Counted from the stretch's first letter, positions 1 through 9,230 are shown. The stretch: 64,000 nt of DNA from Candidatus Cloacimonadales bacterium (GCA_963662275.1 OY759316.1:4256001-4320000); one strand, 5' to 3'. Notes: a model not told the origin generated them from the letters alone. Numbers and translations are program-made.

Positions 1-2
1 AC

Positions 3-950
3 TTCCATCCGTCCAGTTATGGCTACAGACCGCATCGGTCTTGCCAACATGCCGTAGCGAAAGCTCAGCGTTTTCTTACAGCGTACAATTTGGGTTATGC
101 TGTGGATATGGACTTATCCAAGTGTTTTGACACCTTAGACCACGAACTGATATTGAGCCGTCTGAACAGGAAAATCAGTGATGGTACATTGCTGAGATTA
201 ATCAGCCGTTTTCTCAAATCAGGAGTAATGGTCGATGGGGATTTCAAAGCTACTGAGATAGGCAGTCCGCAAGGTGGAGTAATCTCACCCTTATTGATGA
301 ATATCTATCTGGATGAGTTTGACCAGAGGATGAAACAGCGGAATATCAGGATAGTACGTTATGCTGATGACATCCTGATATTTGCTCCGACCAGGAAAAA
401 GGCAGAGCAATATCAAAAGATAGCGACAGCGATACTTGAAGAACTTCGCTTGCAAGTCAATCTGGAAAAGACTCATATCAGCAGTGTCGAAACAGGAATC
501 AGCTATCTGGGATTTTTCATCAAAGGAAGCCGTGTCTGCATCGACAAGGAGCGTTTGAAACGTTTCAAGGATAAGATACGTAAGCTTACTCCCCGCAACA
601 GTGGCATCCCAATATCCATGACGATAGGAAGCCTGAATCCTGTACTAAGGGGATGGGGTAACTATTTCAAAGTTGCGAGTTGTAAAAGCATCTTTGCGAG
701 CCTGATGGAATGGATACGAAGGAGGCTTCGAATGAAGAAGATGCGTGAATGGAAGAGCTGGAAAGCATTCCATAAAGCAATGCGCAGACAAGGCTTCAAG
801 GGAGAATGCCCAAAACTATCTATGACCAGATGGCGTAACGCTCAGAGCTTCCACTTATGCTTTGCCTTGCCGAACAAGTGGTTTGAAGAAATGAAGTTGT
901 TTGATTTGACATCACTTCAGACAAGTGTTTTATTTAATTACTACGAGTAA
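3..950 (+). CDS. ltrA: Group II intron reverse transcriptase/maturase, 5'-partial, no HNH endonuclease domain
   Basis: Frame open from base 3 (FHPSSYGYRPHRSCQHA); DMDLSKCFD, GSPQGGVISPLLMNIYLD, YADD, YLGF and LNPVLRGWGNYF motifs. Confidence 0.95.
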   Translation, partial: FHPSSYGYRPHRSCQHAVAKAQRFLTAYNLGYAVDMDLSKCFDTLDHELILSRLNRKISDGTLLRLISRFLKSGVMVDGDFKATEIGSPQGGVISPLLMNIYLDEFDQRMKQRNIRIVRYADDILIFAPTRKKAEQYQKIATAILEELRLQVNLEKTHISSVETGISYLGFFIKGSRVCIDKERLKRFKDKIRKLTPRNSGIPISMTIGSLNPVLRGWGNYFKVASCKSIFASLMEWIRRRLRMKKMREWKSWKAFHKAMRRQGFKGECPKLSMTRWRNAQSFHLCFALPNKWFEEMKLFDLTSLQTSVLFNYYE

Positions 951-966
951 TTACAAGGATTATCAG

Positions 967-1047
967 GAGCCGTGTACGAGACCCGTACGCACGGTTCTGT
1001 GAGAGGGATGATGCTGGAATTAATTAGCCAGCATCACCCTACTCGAT
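967..1047 (+). ncRNA. Group II intron catalytic domain V and domain VI
   Basis: 31-nt DV stem-loop with AGC triad and CG bulge; DVI stem followed by terminal AT. Confidence 0.9.
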
Positions 1048-1087
1048 TATATGCTGAGGTTTTGGTTTTACCAGAAAGCTGAGTATC

Positions 1088-1209
1088 TGGAGTTCAAATG
1101 CCCTAAACAAATTATCATTGAATACCTGACTAAAAGGGCAAGTGGACTTCATTGATACGACCTTTCATCCCCGATCGTGGATACCTGTTTTCTGGGAAGT
1201 TCATAATCG
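1088..1209 (+). repeat. ~120-bp repeat, copy A (inverted relative to 2454-2573)
   Basis: First 53 nt match the reverse complement of 2521-2573 with one mismatch; the remainder is more diverged but alignable. Confidence 0.9.
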
Positions 1210-1250
1210 ACATTAAGTTCACAATCAGCTTTTCAAACTCTCCGACACTA

Positions 1251-1361
1251 TGCTTCGACTACGCTCAGCAACCACCACCTCTCTTTATCTAAAGAGAGGA
1301 ATAGGTAACCAGCATCCTGTGATCCCCCTCACTTTTGCAAAGGGAGGGGTTAGGGGAGAGT
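1251..1361. repeat. Cluster of short dispersed palindromic repeats
   Basis: CTTCGACTACGCTCAGCAACC, CCTCTCTTTATCTAAAGAGAGG and CCCCCTC...GGGAGGGGTTAGGGGAG; related units at 22551-22688 and 41784-41827. Confidence 0.6.
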
Positions 1362-1458
1362 TAGTTATGTTCTGCTTTCGAACCTCGAACTTCGATATGA
1401 GTTAGTTCTGATCTTCGCTTCTTTATGCTTCGTACTTGCTTTTCCAAACAGGAAATAT

Positions 1459-2277
1459 CTACTTCAAGATTATGCTCTTCTTAACTTGCTTGTTTCCATC
1501 AATCTCTAATTGATATATGTAAAAGCCGGATGAAAGTGGTTTACCAAAGTCATCTAATCCATCCCACTTTTTTGCTTGTTTACCTGGAAGACAGCGTTCA
1601 TTCTTTACCAGGCTTCTGACCTTCTGCCCACGGATATTATAAATATCGAGTGATACTAAGCCATTGGATTTTTGTTCCCAATTTAAGTGAACAGGATTTC
1701 CAGAGGAAGGATTTGGATATATATTGAGCTTAGGAGATGTGTGAGGTTCAACATCACTATTTATGTGAATCGGTACTCCCGAGCTATAAAGAGTAAACGT
1801 GGGTAGAGAAGTAGGATAGTCATGTGGATAATCTTGAACGGTTATTACTCTTTCATTGTTTATATAATGAGATCCTCTTGGATCTTGATGCCACACACCC
1901 ATATAACTATGATTAATATCTCCTTGCAAAGATAGCAAATATTCACCAGTAACAATGTCTTGGACGTAAAATGAAGTAGATATTGTATTATCATCAACTT
2001 GTGTATCTTGTTCATAACAAATTTCAATATTAGCATCGCTATCAAAATCACGGCCTACTTCATAAATAAGGCAATTCTCAGGAGGAGAAAAGACTCCTAT
2101 CTGATTTAAGCTTTCGTCATAAAAAATAATTTGGCTGTTATCATATCGTAAGAGGAAACTTTCGGTAGGAGAAGCTTGCATCCACTCTAATCCTTCACTT
2201 GCTGTAAGTATTGGTTCTAATGACATTGCCTGTGAAATTGAAAAAAGAGCTAAACAAAGTAAAATGGCATGTTTCAT
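1459..2277 (-). CDS. Secreted protein with C-terminal FlgD-Ig/T9SS-like sorting domain
   Basis: Signal peptide MKHAILLCLALFSISQAMS after a GGAGG RBS; C-terminal IYPNPS...YNIRGQKVRSL...WDGLDD...SGFY. Confidence 0.8.
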   Translation of the reverse strand: MKHAILLCLALFSISQAMSLEPILTASEGLEWMQASPTESFLLRYDNSQIIFYDESLNQIGVFSPPENCLIYEVGRDFDSDANIEICYEQDTQVDDNTISTSFYVQDIVTGEYLLSLQGDINHSYMGVWHQDPRGSHYINNERVITVQDYPHDYPTSLPTFTLYSSGVPIHINSDVEPHTSPKLNIYPNPSSGNPVHLNWEQKSNGLVSLDIYNIRGQKVRSLVKNERCLPGKQAKKWDGLDDFGKPLSSGFYIYQLEIDGNKQVKKSIILK

Positions 2278-2453
2278 GATTACCTCCATCTTTATTACGC
2301 TTATAATTTATTCTTTTAATCTAGATCGTGATTTTGGCAGTATCAGAATCTGAAAACAGCAAATTGCAGGAACATTTACTAATTTCTCTAATTCTTATGT
2401 GTGTAGCAAGTAGTTATTTCTCAACTGGTATTCCCTACCGACAATGAAAGAGA

Positions 2454-2573
2454 CGATTTTGAACTTCCCTGAAAGCAGGTTTTCGCTACCGATGATGAAA
2501 GGTCGAGTTTGAAGTCCGAATGCCCTTTTAGTCAAGTATTCAATGATAATTTGTTTAGGGCATTTGAACTCCA
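2454..2573 (-). repeat. ~120-bp repeat, copy B (inverted relative to 1088-1209)
   Basis: Direct sequence comparison with copy A. Confidence 0.9.
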
Positions 2574-2580
2574 AAATCTT

Positions 2581-2597
2581 AGTTTTCATGTAAACGC
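2581..2597. repeat. 17-bp terminal-inverted-repeat-like motif AGTTTTCATGTAAACGC
   Basis: 16/17 identical to 48415-48431. Confidence 0.65.
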
Positions 2598-2610
2598 AAA
2601 AACTTCCTAT

Positions 2611-3318
2611 CTACTCTGTTATTTTTGCAATCACACTTAGATAACTTGCTTTTCCAAATATGGTATTAGTAGCGCTATCCTTCAAATGCCAAAGCCAATA
2701 AGGGAATGGTCTGAACAAGTCATTGACCCTGAGCAAGGCAAGAATCTTATTTAGATAGAGATTCTCCTTGATAACCTGATATCCATTGTTACGGAACAAT
2801 TTGCGTAGTTGGATCAAGTCAAATGAATGCAGATGTGCATTATGAGGGGTTAATTGATTACAATGAATGCACAGGGAATAATTGATCTTCTCTTTATACG
2901 GTACAGAAATCATTAATTTCCCCTCTGGTTTGAGAAACTCCCTGATATGCAAAAGAGCTTTAGCTGGTTCTTCCAGATGCTCTAAAACCTCATTCATAAC
3001 GATCCAATCAAATCTTTCTTCTTTGAAAGGAAGTTCGTAGGCACTGCCGAGTTTGCAATTTATTATGGGATTCATCTTATTGATATATTTCAAATTCTTC
3101 TCGGAAAGGTCTACTGCTGTTACAAGACATCCACGTTTCGCCATTTCCAAGGAAAACCAGCCTCTGCCAGAACCAAGGTCCAAGACCTTTTCTCCTGTCT
3201 TGGCTGTGCATATGTGCAATACTTCTTCATTGCGGCGTCTCTCAGTCTGCGTCTGATATTGCTTATCAAAGTAATCGAAAGCTTCTGCATCAATACGGTA
3301 ATGTTCCTGATAATTCAT
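2611..3318 (-). CDS. Class I SAM-dependent methyltransferase
   Basis: VLDLGSGRG motif I, LPFKEERFDWIV, EVLEHL; likely start MNYQEH behind GGGAG. Confidence 0.85.
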   Translation of the reverse strand: MNYQEHYRIDAEAFDYFDKQYQTQTERRRNEEVLHICTAKTGEKVLDLGSGRGWFSLEMAKRGCLVTAVDLSEKNLKYINKMNPIINCKLGSAYELPFKEERFDWIVMNEVLEHLEEPAKALLHIREFLKPEGKLMISVPYKEKINYSLCIHCNQLTPHNAHLHSFDLIQLRKLFRNNGYQVIKENLYLNKILALLRVNDLFRPFPYWLWHLKDSATNTIFGKASYLSVIAKITE

Positions 3319-3360
3319 GCATTCTCCCTGGTAATCAATATAGTGTCTTGGCAAACATGG

Positions 3361-3495
3361 GGTAACCTAAAGGATACTACTACCGGGTCGGTAGGCGCTG
3401 TCTTTAGCTTGCGCTTAATAACGGTAACCTAAAGGATACCACTACCGGTCGGTAGTGCTCTGATTTTTTTGTGGCAAATCGGAATTTGCCACCCC
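3361..3495. repeat. REP-like palindrome cluster
   Basis: GGTAACCTAAAGGATACYACTAC twice (3361-3383, 3423-3445; reads GTAG... on the minus strand) and GTGGCAAATCGGAATTTGCCAC hairpin (3471-3492). Confidence 0.7.
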
Positions 3496-3502
3496 TAAGC
3501 AG

Positions 3503-5248
3503 TTATTTTTTGAACAATGGTCGAGGTATATATTTCGTATGAAGAAGCTTATGTGCTATTTCGGAATTCGGCTTTTCAAGGAATTCAGCATACAGCTTTT
3601 GAATTGAAATATTATTATGCGATTGGCGTATTTTCATCTGTGAATCTTCAGTATAAAGACCTTCACCACGTTTTTTACGAATCTTCATAGTGGAACCCCA
3701 AGGCTGTCCACCTCCTCCAATACAACCGCCTCGACAAGCCATGACTTCTATAAAGTGGTAAGGAACAGGTTTTCCAGCTTCCCTGGCAGCATTGATTTCA
3801 TCAAGTACTGCTTTCACATTCCCAGTACCGGATGCAACAGCTATCCGTACTTCATGTCCAGCCACATCGATCTTTCCTGTCTTTATTCCATGAATACCGC
3901 GAACAAAATTGATATTCGGGTCAGGAAGTTCATTGCCGGTAATGAGAAAATAGGCAGTACGCAGGGCAGCTTCCATGACACCGCCTGATGCACCAAAAAT
4001 TGTACCTGCTCCACTATATTCGCCCATCGGGTTATCAGGTTCTTCATCAGGAAGGTTGGCAAAATCAAGACCATAGGCTTTGATCATACGGGCAAACTCA
4101 CGGGTTGTAATTGTCACATCAACGTCCTGGTGACCCGAGGCAAACATCGTGTCCATGCGTTCGATCTCGTATTTCTTAGCAGTACAAGGCATGACTGAAA
4201 CCAGGAATATCTTCTCAGTGGCAATGTTCATCTTCTTTGCCCAATAGGTCTTAACCATTGTACCCACCATCTGGTGAGGTGACTTGGCTGTAGAGAAATG
4301 AGAGATCATATCGGGATAGAACTTCTCCAGATAATCAACCCAGGCAGGACAGCAGGATGTAATTAATGGAAATTCTTCAGGATGATGGAGGAATGTATCT
4401 GCAAATTCAGTTGCTTCTTCCATAATCGTCAAATCTGCACCAAAGTTTGTATCAAAGACATAATCGAACCCTAGCATCCGAAGTGCGGAATACATTTTAC
4501 CACGCACGTTTGTACCAACAGGCATGCCGAATTCTTCACCCAAGGCTACACGAACTGCCGGTGCTTCCTGAGCCACAACCACGATATCCGGATCATTGAT
4601 GGCAGTCCAGATCGCTTCTGAATCATCCGCTTCATAGATGGCTCCCACAGGACAATATGCAGAGCACTGACCGCATTTGATGCATTCGGAGTCTTCCAGT
4701 TGTCTATCCAATGTGGGACCGACAAAGGTCTCAAATCCTCTTTCAGAAGCTTCCAAAGCGTGCACTTCCTGGATTTCATTACAGACATGCACACAGCGAT
4801 TACATTGAATGCAATAGCCGGGACTTAAAACTAAGGCACAACTGGAAGTATCCAAACGTGTAATAGTTCGTGGAATGGTTGGTAATATATTAGTTCTAAC
4901 ACCTAATCTTTCAGCCAGTGCCTGAAGTTCACAGTGTCCATTCTTGATACATTCAGGGCAGTTATTGGGATGATTAGACAGGATCATTTCCAATCCTGCT
5001 TTTCTTAGATCGAAGAGTCTTTTTGTATGAGTCCTGATCACCATCCCTTCTTCAACGGGAGTAGTACACGCACGAACGATACGCCCATTGCCAAGCTCTA
5101 CAACACAAAGCCCACAGTTTCCTGTCGGGGGTAAGTCAGGGTGGTAACACAAGGTTGGGATATGATATCCTGCCATGGTTGCAGCATGAAGAATCTTTGT
5201 ATCTTCCGTTACTTCCATTGGTTTGCCATTCATAGTAATATGAAGCAT
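3503..5248 (-). CDS. hydA: [FeFe]-hydrogenase catalytic subunit, group A, with N-terminal 2Fe-2S, His-ligated 4Fe-4S and 2x4Fe-4S domains
   Basis: H-cluster motifs TSCCPAW, MPCTAKKYE and EVMACRGGCIGGGG; HIPTLC, HPNNCPEC and CIKCGQCSAYCP. Confidence 0.93.
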   Translation of the reverse strand: MLHITMNGKPMEVTEDTKILHAATMAGYHIPTLCYHPDLPPTGNCGLCVVELGNGRIVRACTTPVEEGMVIRTHTKRLFDLRKAGLEMILSNHPNNCPECIKNGHCELQALAERLGVRTNILPTIPRTITRLDTSSCALVLSPGYCIQCNRCVHVCNEIQEVHALEASERGFETFVGPTLDRQLEDSECIKCGQCSAYCPVGAIYEADDSEAIWTAINDPDIVVVAQEAPAVRVALGEEFGMPVGTNVRGKMYSALRMLGFDYVFDTNFGADLTIMEEATEFADTFLHHPEEFPLITSCCPAWVDYLEKFYPDMISHFSTAKSPHQMVGTMVKTYWAKKMNIATEKIFLVSVMPCTAKKYEIERMDTMFASGHQDVDVTITTREFARMIKAYGLDFANLPDEEPDNPMGEYSGAGTIFGASGGVMEAALRTAYFLITGNELPDPNINFVRGIHGIKTGKIDVAGHEVRIAVASGTGNVKAVLDEINAAREAGKPVPYHFIEVMACRGGCIGGGGQPWGSTMKIRKKRGEGLYTEDSQMKIRQSHNNISIQKLYAEFLEKPNSEIAHKLLHTKYIPRPLFKK

Positions 5249-5555
5249 GAATAACCTCCATTTTAATTAATTATTTATTTTTTAATTTAATTCATTTATG
5301 AAAAAATCAAATACACAATTGCAGGTAATCTCAGAAATTGGCAATAAATAAAGATAATGTTAGGCGAATTTGTTTATATGTAACTAATCTTATGAATTAT
5401 TAAGATAGAATATTATGCGCATGGTCCTCAACATATCAGTCAAATTTATTAAAAGGATGTGTCTTTGCCTGGAAATCATTCTTGACAAGACCATATATAA
5501 TAAATAGATTTTGTTTCAAAAAAAGTCATTATTCTTGAAAAAAAGGTGGTATTAG

Positions 5556-5915
5556 ATGACTACTTTCAGTATTTTAATATCGGAAACAAAGGGGATAAAA
5601 GCAATTCCACAAGGTTTTTCAATGTTGGCTTTTATTTTTACGGCCGCATGGGCAATAGATAATGATCTAATAGTGGTTTTTTTATGGACTGTTCTTGCAG
5701 GTTTTGTCATTAAAAGCGTATTATTTGCTATTAATCCCTGGTTTGGTTTTGCAGGTGCTATTCTTGTTTTTATTGTGTATGGTATGGAAGGAAATAAGTG
5801 GGCTTTATCAAGAGCTATTAAAAAAGGATATGAGTTTCAAATGACCATAGAAGCTGCTAACCGTAAAAAAGCTATTACTGAATATAAACAAGGAGTACAA
5901 GGAGACCAAACATAA
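5556..5915 (+). CDS. Small membrane protein (DUF2628-like)
   Basis: GFSxxAFIFTxxW pattern, transmembrane segments, 'GNKW...KKGY' tail. Confidence 0.6.
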   Translation: MTTFSILISETKGIKAIPQGFSMLAFIFTAAWAIDNDLIVVFLWTVLAGFVIKSVLFAINPWFGFAGAILVFIVYGMEGNKWALSRAIKKGYEFQMTIEAANRKKAITEYKQGVQGDQT

Positions 5916-6160
5916 GTTCATAAGTTTACTACTTTATCTGCATCTGATTCAATCACGCAACTGATTAGCTTTTCCAATAAGATGTTGATTTCGATAACTA
6001 TCAGTTGACAATATGTCAAGCTTGTAACCCATAAATCTATGAAATAGGACTACATGGATCCTCCCTTCATTTCTGCATAGAAGTGAATACTGAAAATACT
6101 TGCAGACCAGTGCGAGGAATAATATGATTAATGAAAATACTGCCATAATCAAGAGTAAAA

Positions 6161-6919
6161 ATGCGTAAACGTCAGCAAATCAGAAAGCTGATACTGATGA
6201 TATCGCTCTTGGGATTCACATTTACCTGTATGTACATCTCGCCCTATATGACGGTGGAAGGCAGTACCGCAGGTATTGTTTCTGCTGGAATGCTCTTTTG
6301 GATTATCATGTTTGCTATCTCTCTTCTAAGTGGAAGAGTCTATTGCGGATGGTTCTGCCCGCTTGGTGAAATCCAGGATTATACTGATAAATGTATCCAA
6401 AAACCTTTGAAAAGGTCTTCCCGGCTTTCTTCCTTACGTTACTTATGGTGGTTGCTTTGGGTCTGTTCCGCAGCTTTTTTGTCTATCAAGGCAGGTGGAT
6501 ATCATAAGATAGACTTGCTTTTCAACAATCCAACCGGATTACCACCCTATTCTCGTGGTGTTTATGCCAATATTTACTTTATCATAGCCGTCATTATTTT
6601 GTTTTCACTGGTTTATGGAAAACGGGGGTTTTGTCATAATTTTTGCTTCTTGATGCCTATGCTGACATTTGGGAAACGACTAAGAAAGCATCTAAAATAT
6701 CCATTTCTGCACCTGACAGTCAAACCACAAAACTGCACTTCCTGCAAACTATGTGACCAAACCTGCCCGATGAGCATAGAAGTTGCGAGTCATGTGAAAC
6801 AAAACGATCTCTCCAATTTGGAATGTATAATGTGTGGATCGTGTGTCGATGTATGCCCTGTGAAAGCTATCAGGTTCAGTTGGGATATAAAGGATGATAT
6901 CAAGATAAACAAGAATTAA
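6161..6919 (+). CDS. Membrane-bound polyferredoxin / 4Fe-4S binding protein (NapH/MauN-like)
   Basis: GRVYCGWFCPLG, FCHNFC and two CxxCxxCxxxCP motifs; several TM helices. Confidence 0.85.
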   Translation: MRKRQQIRKLILMISLLGFTFTCMYISPYMTVEGSTAGIVSAGMLFWIIMFAISLLSGRVYCGWFCPLGEIQDYTDKCIQKPLKRSSRLSSLRYLWWLLWVCSAAFLSIKAGGYHKIDLLFNNPTGLPPYSRGVYANIYFIIAVIILFSLVYGKRGFCHNFCFLMPMLTFGKRLRKHLKYPFLHLTVKPQNCTSCKLCDQTCPMSIEVASHVKQNDLSNLECIMCGSCVDVCPVKAIRFSWDIKDDIKINKN

Positions 6920-7187
6920 TAGACAAATGTAGTATTGTAAATCCTGATCCCGAACAAGATGAACGGTTAAAGAGATTTAATTGGACTGCTTTTTTCGGTA
7001 ATAGTATTTGAGTATTGTTTACAAACCGTTTTATCTCCACAGCTTCTTAAGTAAAAACATGACTAACTTGTGACAAACCAATTCTTTTACTGTAATACAT
7101 AATAAGTTGGCTTGTAATCGCTTGACAAATGCATAAATTACTTCACAATTGATTTTTTTTGATAAATAACTAAGAATTGAGGTATTT

Positions 7188-8576
7188 ATGAAACTCTTAT
7201 TAGTTTTAATAATCACTACATTATTTGTTGGTCTTCATGGATATACGATGTCTCAAAGATACTCTTTCACAGAGTCCTTCAGTTCTTATGCATCAATCAC
7301 AGGAGTAAATCTGACAGCTTTGCAAACCGACGAAGCTGTTTCCACACCTATTACCATTCCATTTGACTTTCAGTATGCACAGACAGCATACAATCTTGTG
7401 CAAATCAGTTCTAACGGGTGGATTGGATTGGGTACGGGATTCACTTCTCCTGCCTATACCAATAAGCTGCAAGCTGGAATCTACCCAATTATTGCCCCTT
7501 TATGGGATGATCTGAGCATGATTAATGGTTCTGTCATATATACAACAGTTGGCAGTACACCCGACAGAGTATTCATTGTCCAATACACCAATGCAAAATG
7601 GGTATACAATGCAACATCCTCATTTTCATTTCAGACAAAGCTTTACGAAAACGGATCCATTGAGTTCTGTTATGGCCCTTCAACCGGAAATCCCTTAAAC
7701 CCAAGTGCATCCATTGGAATCAATGTACCCAATGCAGGTATGCGTGATTTTTTCAGTATCACACCTGGTACAACATCAACCATTTCTGAGACAACTGAAA
7801 ATGCTGCTGTGACTACTTTCCCCGGAAATGGCAAAGTCTTTCGTTTTACATATAAGCCTCTTCTCCGGAATCTTGTTTATAATGGAAGCTGTGAAATGGC
7901 TTTAGTGGGTGGTAACATACCCGGATGGGGCATTACTTCTGGAAACTGGACACAAGATAACACGGTAACACCTTTTGAGGGGCACAAGTACTTCTATGCA
8001 GGGAACTGCTCTGTGGGAGAGATAAACCAAATGGTCAACGTATCTGATTATGCTTCCCAGATCGATCAGCAGCATATGCAGTTCCAGTTCAAAGCCTACG
8101 TGCGCTCTTGGGATCAGGTTCCTCCTGATGAAGTTAGAATTATTGTTACTTACATGATGGATATCAGTATGGCTCTATATACCTATGATTCTTTCAATCT
8201 AGCAAGTCCCTGGGGTTGGTTTTTACTGGAAGATACTAAGTTGGCTCCGATAGGAACCAGAAAAATCTACATATCCATCATTAGCATCCGCAACACAGGA
8301 TATGGTAATGACGGTTATGTAGACGAAATCAGTATAACGCCTATCGATGTATCAGTCACCCTGGATACACCAGTAGTCGAAATTACCAAATTGACTAACG
8401 GCAACATGCACCTCTCCTGGTCTCCGATAGACGGAGCAAGCGTTTATGAAATCCTGGGTTCTTCAGATCCATTTGGAACATTTAGCAGTATTGGAACGAC
8501 AACAAACAATTTCTGGGAAGAGTCATCAGCATTGAACCAGATGAAGTATTACAAGGTGAAGGCTCGGGATTATTAA
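7188..8576 (+). CDS. Secreted multidomain beta-rich protein with Fn3-like C-terminal module
   Basis: Signal peptide; 'PFDFQY...SSNGWI...IAPLWDDL' surface-protein domain; C-terminal 'TPVVEI...LSWSP...YYKVKA'. Confidence 0.7.
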   Translation: MKLLLVLIITTLFVGLHGYTMSQRYSFTESFSSYASITGVNLTALQTDEAVSTPITIPFDFQYAQTAYNLVQISSNGWIGLGTGFTSPAYTNKLQAGIYPIIAPLWDDLSMINGSVIYTTVGSTPDRVFIVQYTNAKWVYNATSSFSFQTKLYENGSIEFCYGPSTGNPLNPSASIGINVPNAGMRDFFSITPGTTSTISETTENAAVTTFPGNGKVFRFTYKPLLRNLVYNGSCEMALVGGNIPGWGITSGNWTQDNTVTPFEGHKYFYAGNCSVGEINQMVNVSDYASQIDQQHMQFQFKAYVRSWDQVPPDEVRIIVTYMMDISMALYTYDSFNLASPWGWFLLEDTKLAPIGTRKIYISIISIRNTGYGNDGYVDEISITPIDVSVTLDTPVVEITKLTNGNMHLSWSPIDGASVYEILGSSDPFGTFSSIGTTTNNFWEESSALNQMKYYKVKARDY

Positions 8577-8786
8577 ATTAATCCGTAATATCAGTAATTC
8601 CATTTCTTGAAGTACTATTAATAAAGTAGCAGGATGTCATGGACAGATATGCTTTGAAGAATGAGAATGATTCCTGGTTGTTTATGATACGCAACATCTG
8701 TGATATTTAACAAATCTCTTGACATACCTTGTAAACAAATGCTTAATACAAGGATAACTTTCGATGTATAAGATAGCATTAATCTA

Positions 8787-9230
8787 ATGGTGGAGAACAT
8801 GGATCAGGATTTTATCGCTGCTGACAAACAATACCGTAATCGATTCCTATTAATAACGATCGGGATAATCATCGTCTTATCTTTGATTCTTTGTTTTGTT
8901 TTTCCTGCTTTCCAAGATTGGCTAACGAAGATGGAACCAGAAAAAGGCATGAAAGTGATTGCGACAGCATTATTCATTCTTTTCATTTTACCAATTCCAT
9001 TAGGTTTTAAAATGCTTTCGATTTCAAATCGTATCTTGAGAGATCAGTGTTATCCACCCGAGGGTATGAGAGTGCTTTTTGATACAAACATTATTCGAGG
9101 AGATAAGGCAAAATTACGTGCCTATGTATTTCTCCTATTAGCTTTTCTTATTTTCTTTATATCAATTTTTTGTGCTTTTTCAGTACAAATATTTCTAAAA
9201 ATCTTAACAACGACAAGGAGTTTTACATGA
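8787..9230 (+). CDS. Hypothetical membrane protein (3 TM)
   Basis: ORF with hydrophobic segments; stop overlaps the next start (ATGA at 9227-9230). Confidence 0.65.
   Translation: MVENMDQDFIAADKQYRNRFLLITIGIIIVLSLILCFVFPAFQDWLTKMEPEKGMKVIATALFILFILPIPLGFKMLSISNRILRDQCYPPEGMRVLFDTNIIRGDKAKLRAYVFLLLAFLIFFISIFCAFSVQIFLKILTTTRSFT

Larger units (their letters stand above)
1..1047 (+). mobile_element. Group II intron, 3' portion (IIC-like); 5' end lies outside the window
   Basis: RT/maturase ORF followed by domain V (GAGCCGTGTACGAGACCCGTACGCACGGTTC, 967-997) and a domain VI hairpin (GGGATGATGCTGG...CCAGCATCACCC) ending in ...CTACTCGAT at 1047. Confidence 0.93.

Noticed and set aside
3..950. RT as a DGR or retron enzyme acting on the FGE genes
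   Set aside because: It has group II intron RT/maturase motifs and is followed directly by intron domains V and VI.
1088..2573. Integron attC sites
   Set aside because: No RYYYAAC...GTTRRRY core arrangement is recognisable, the copies are inverted rather than direct, and no integrase is present.
2395..2589. 64-aa ORF on the minus strand
   Set aside because: It coincides with repeat copy B; the equivalent frame in copy A is broken by an indel and stop.
2566..2597. dif-like (XerH/XerS-type) site GAAAA-CTAAGA-TTTTG on the minus strand
   Set aside because: The second arm is not conserved at the 42893 and 48415 copies; only the 17-bp arm is shared.
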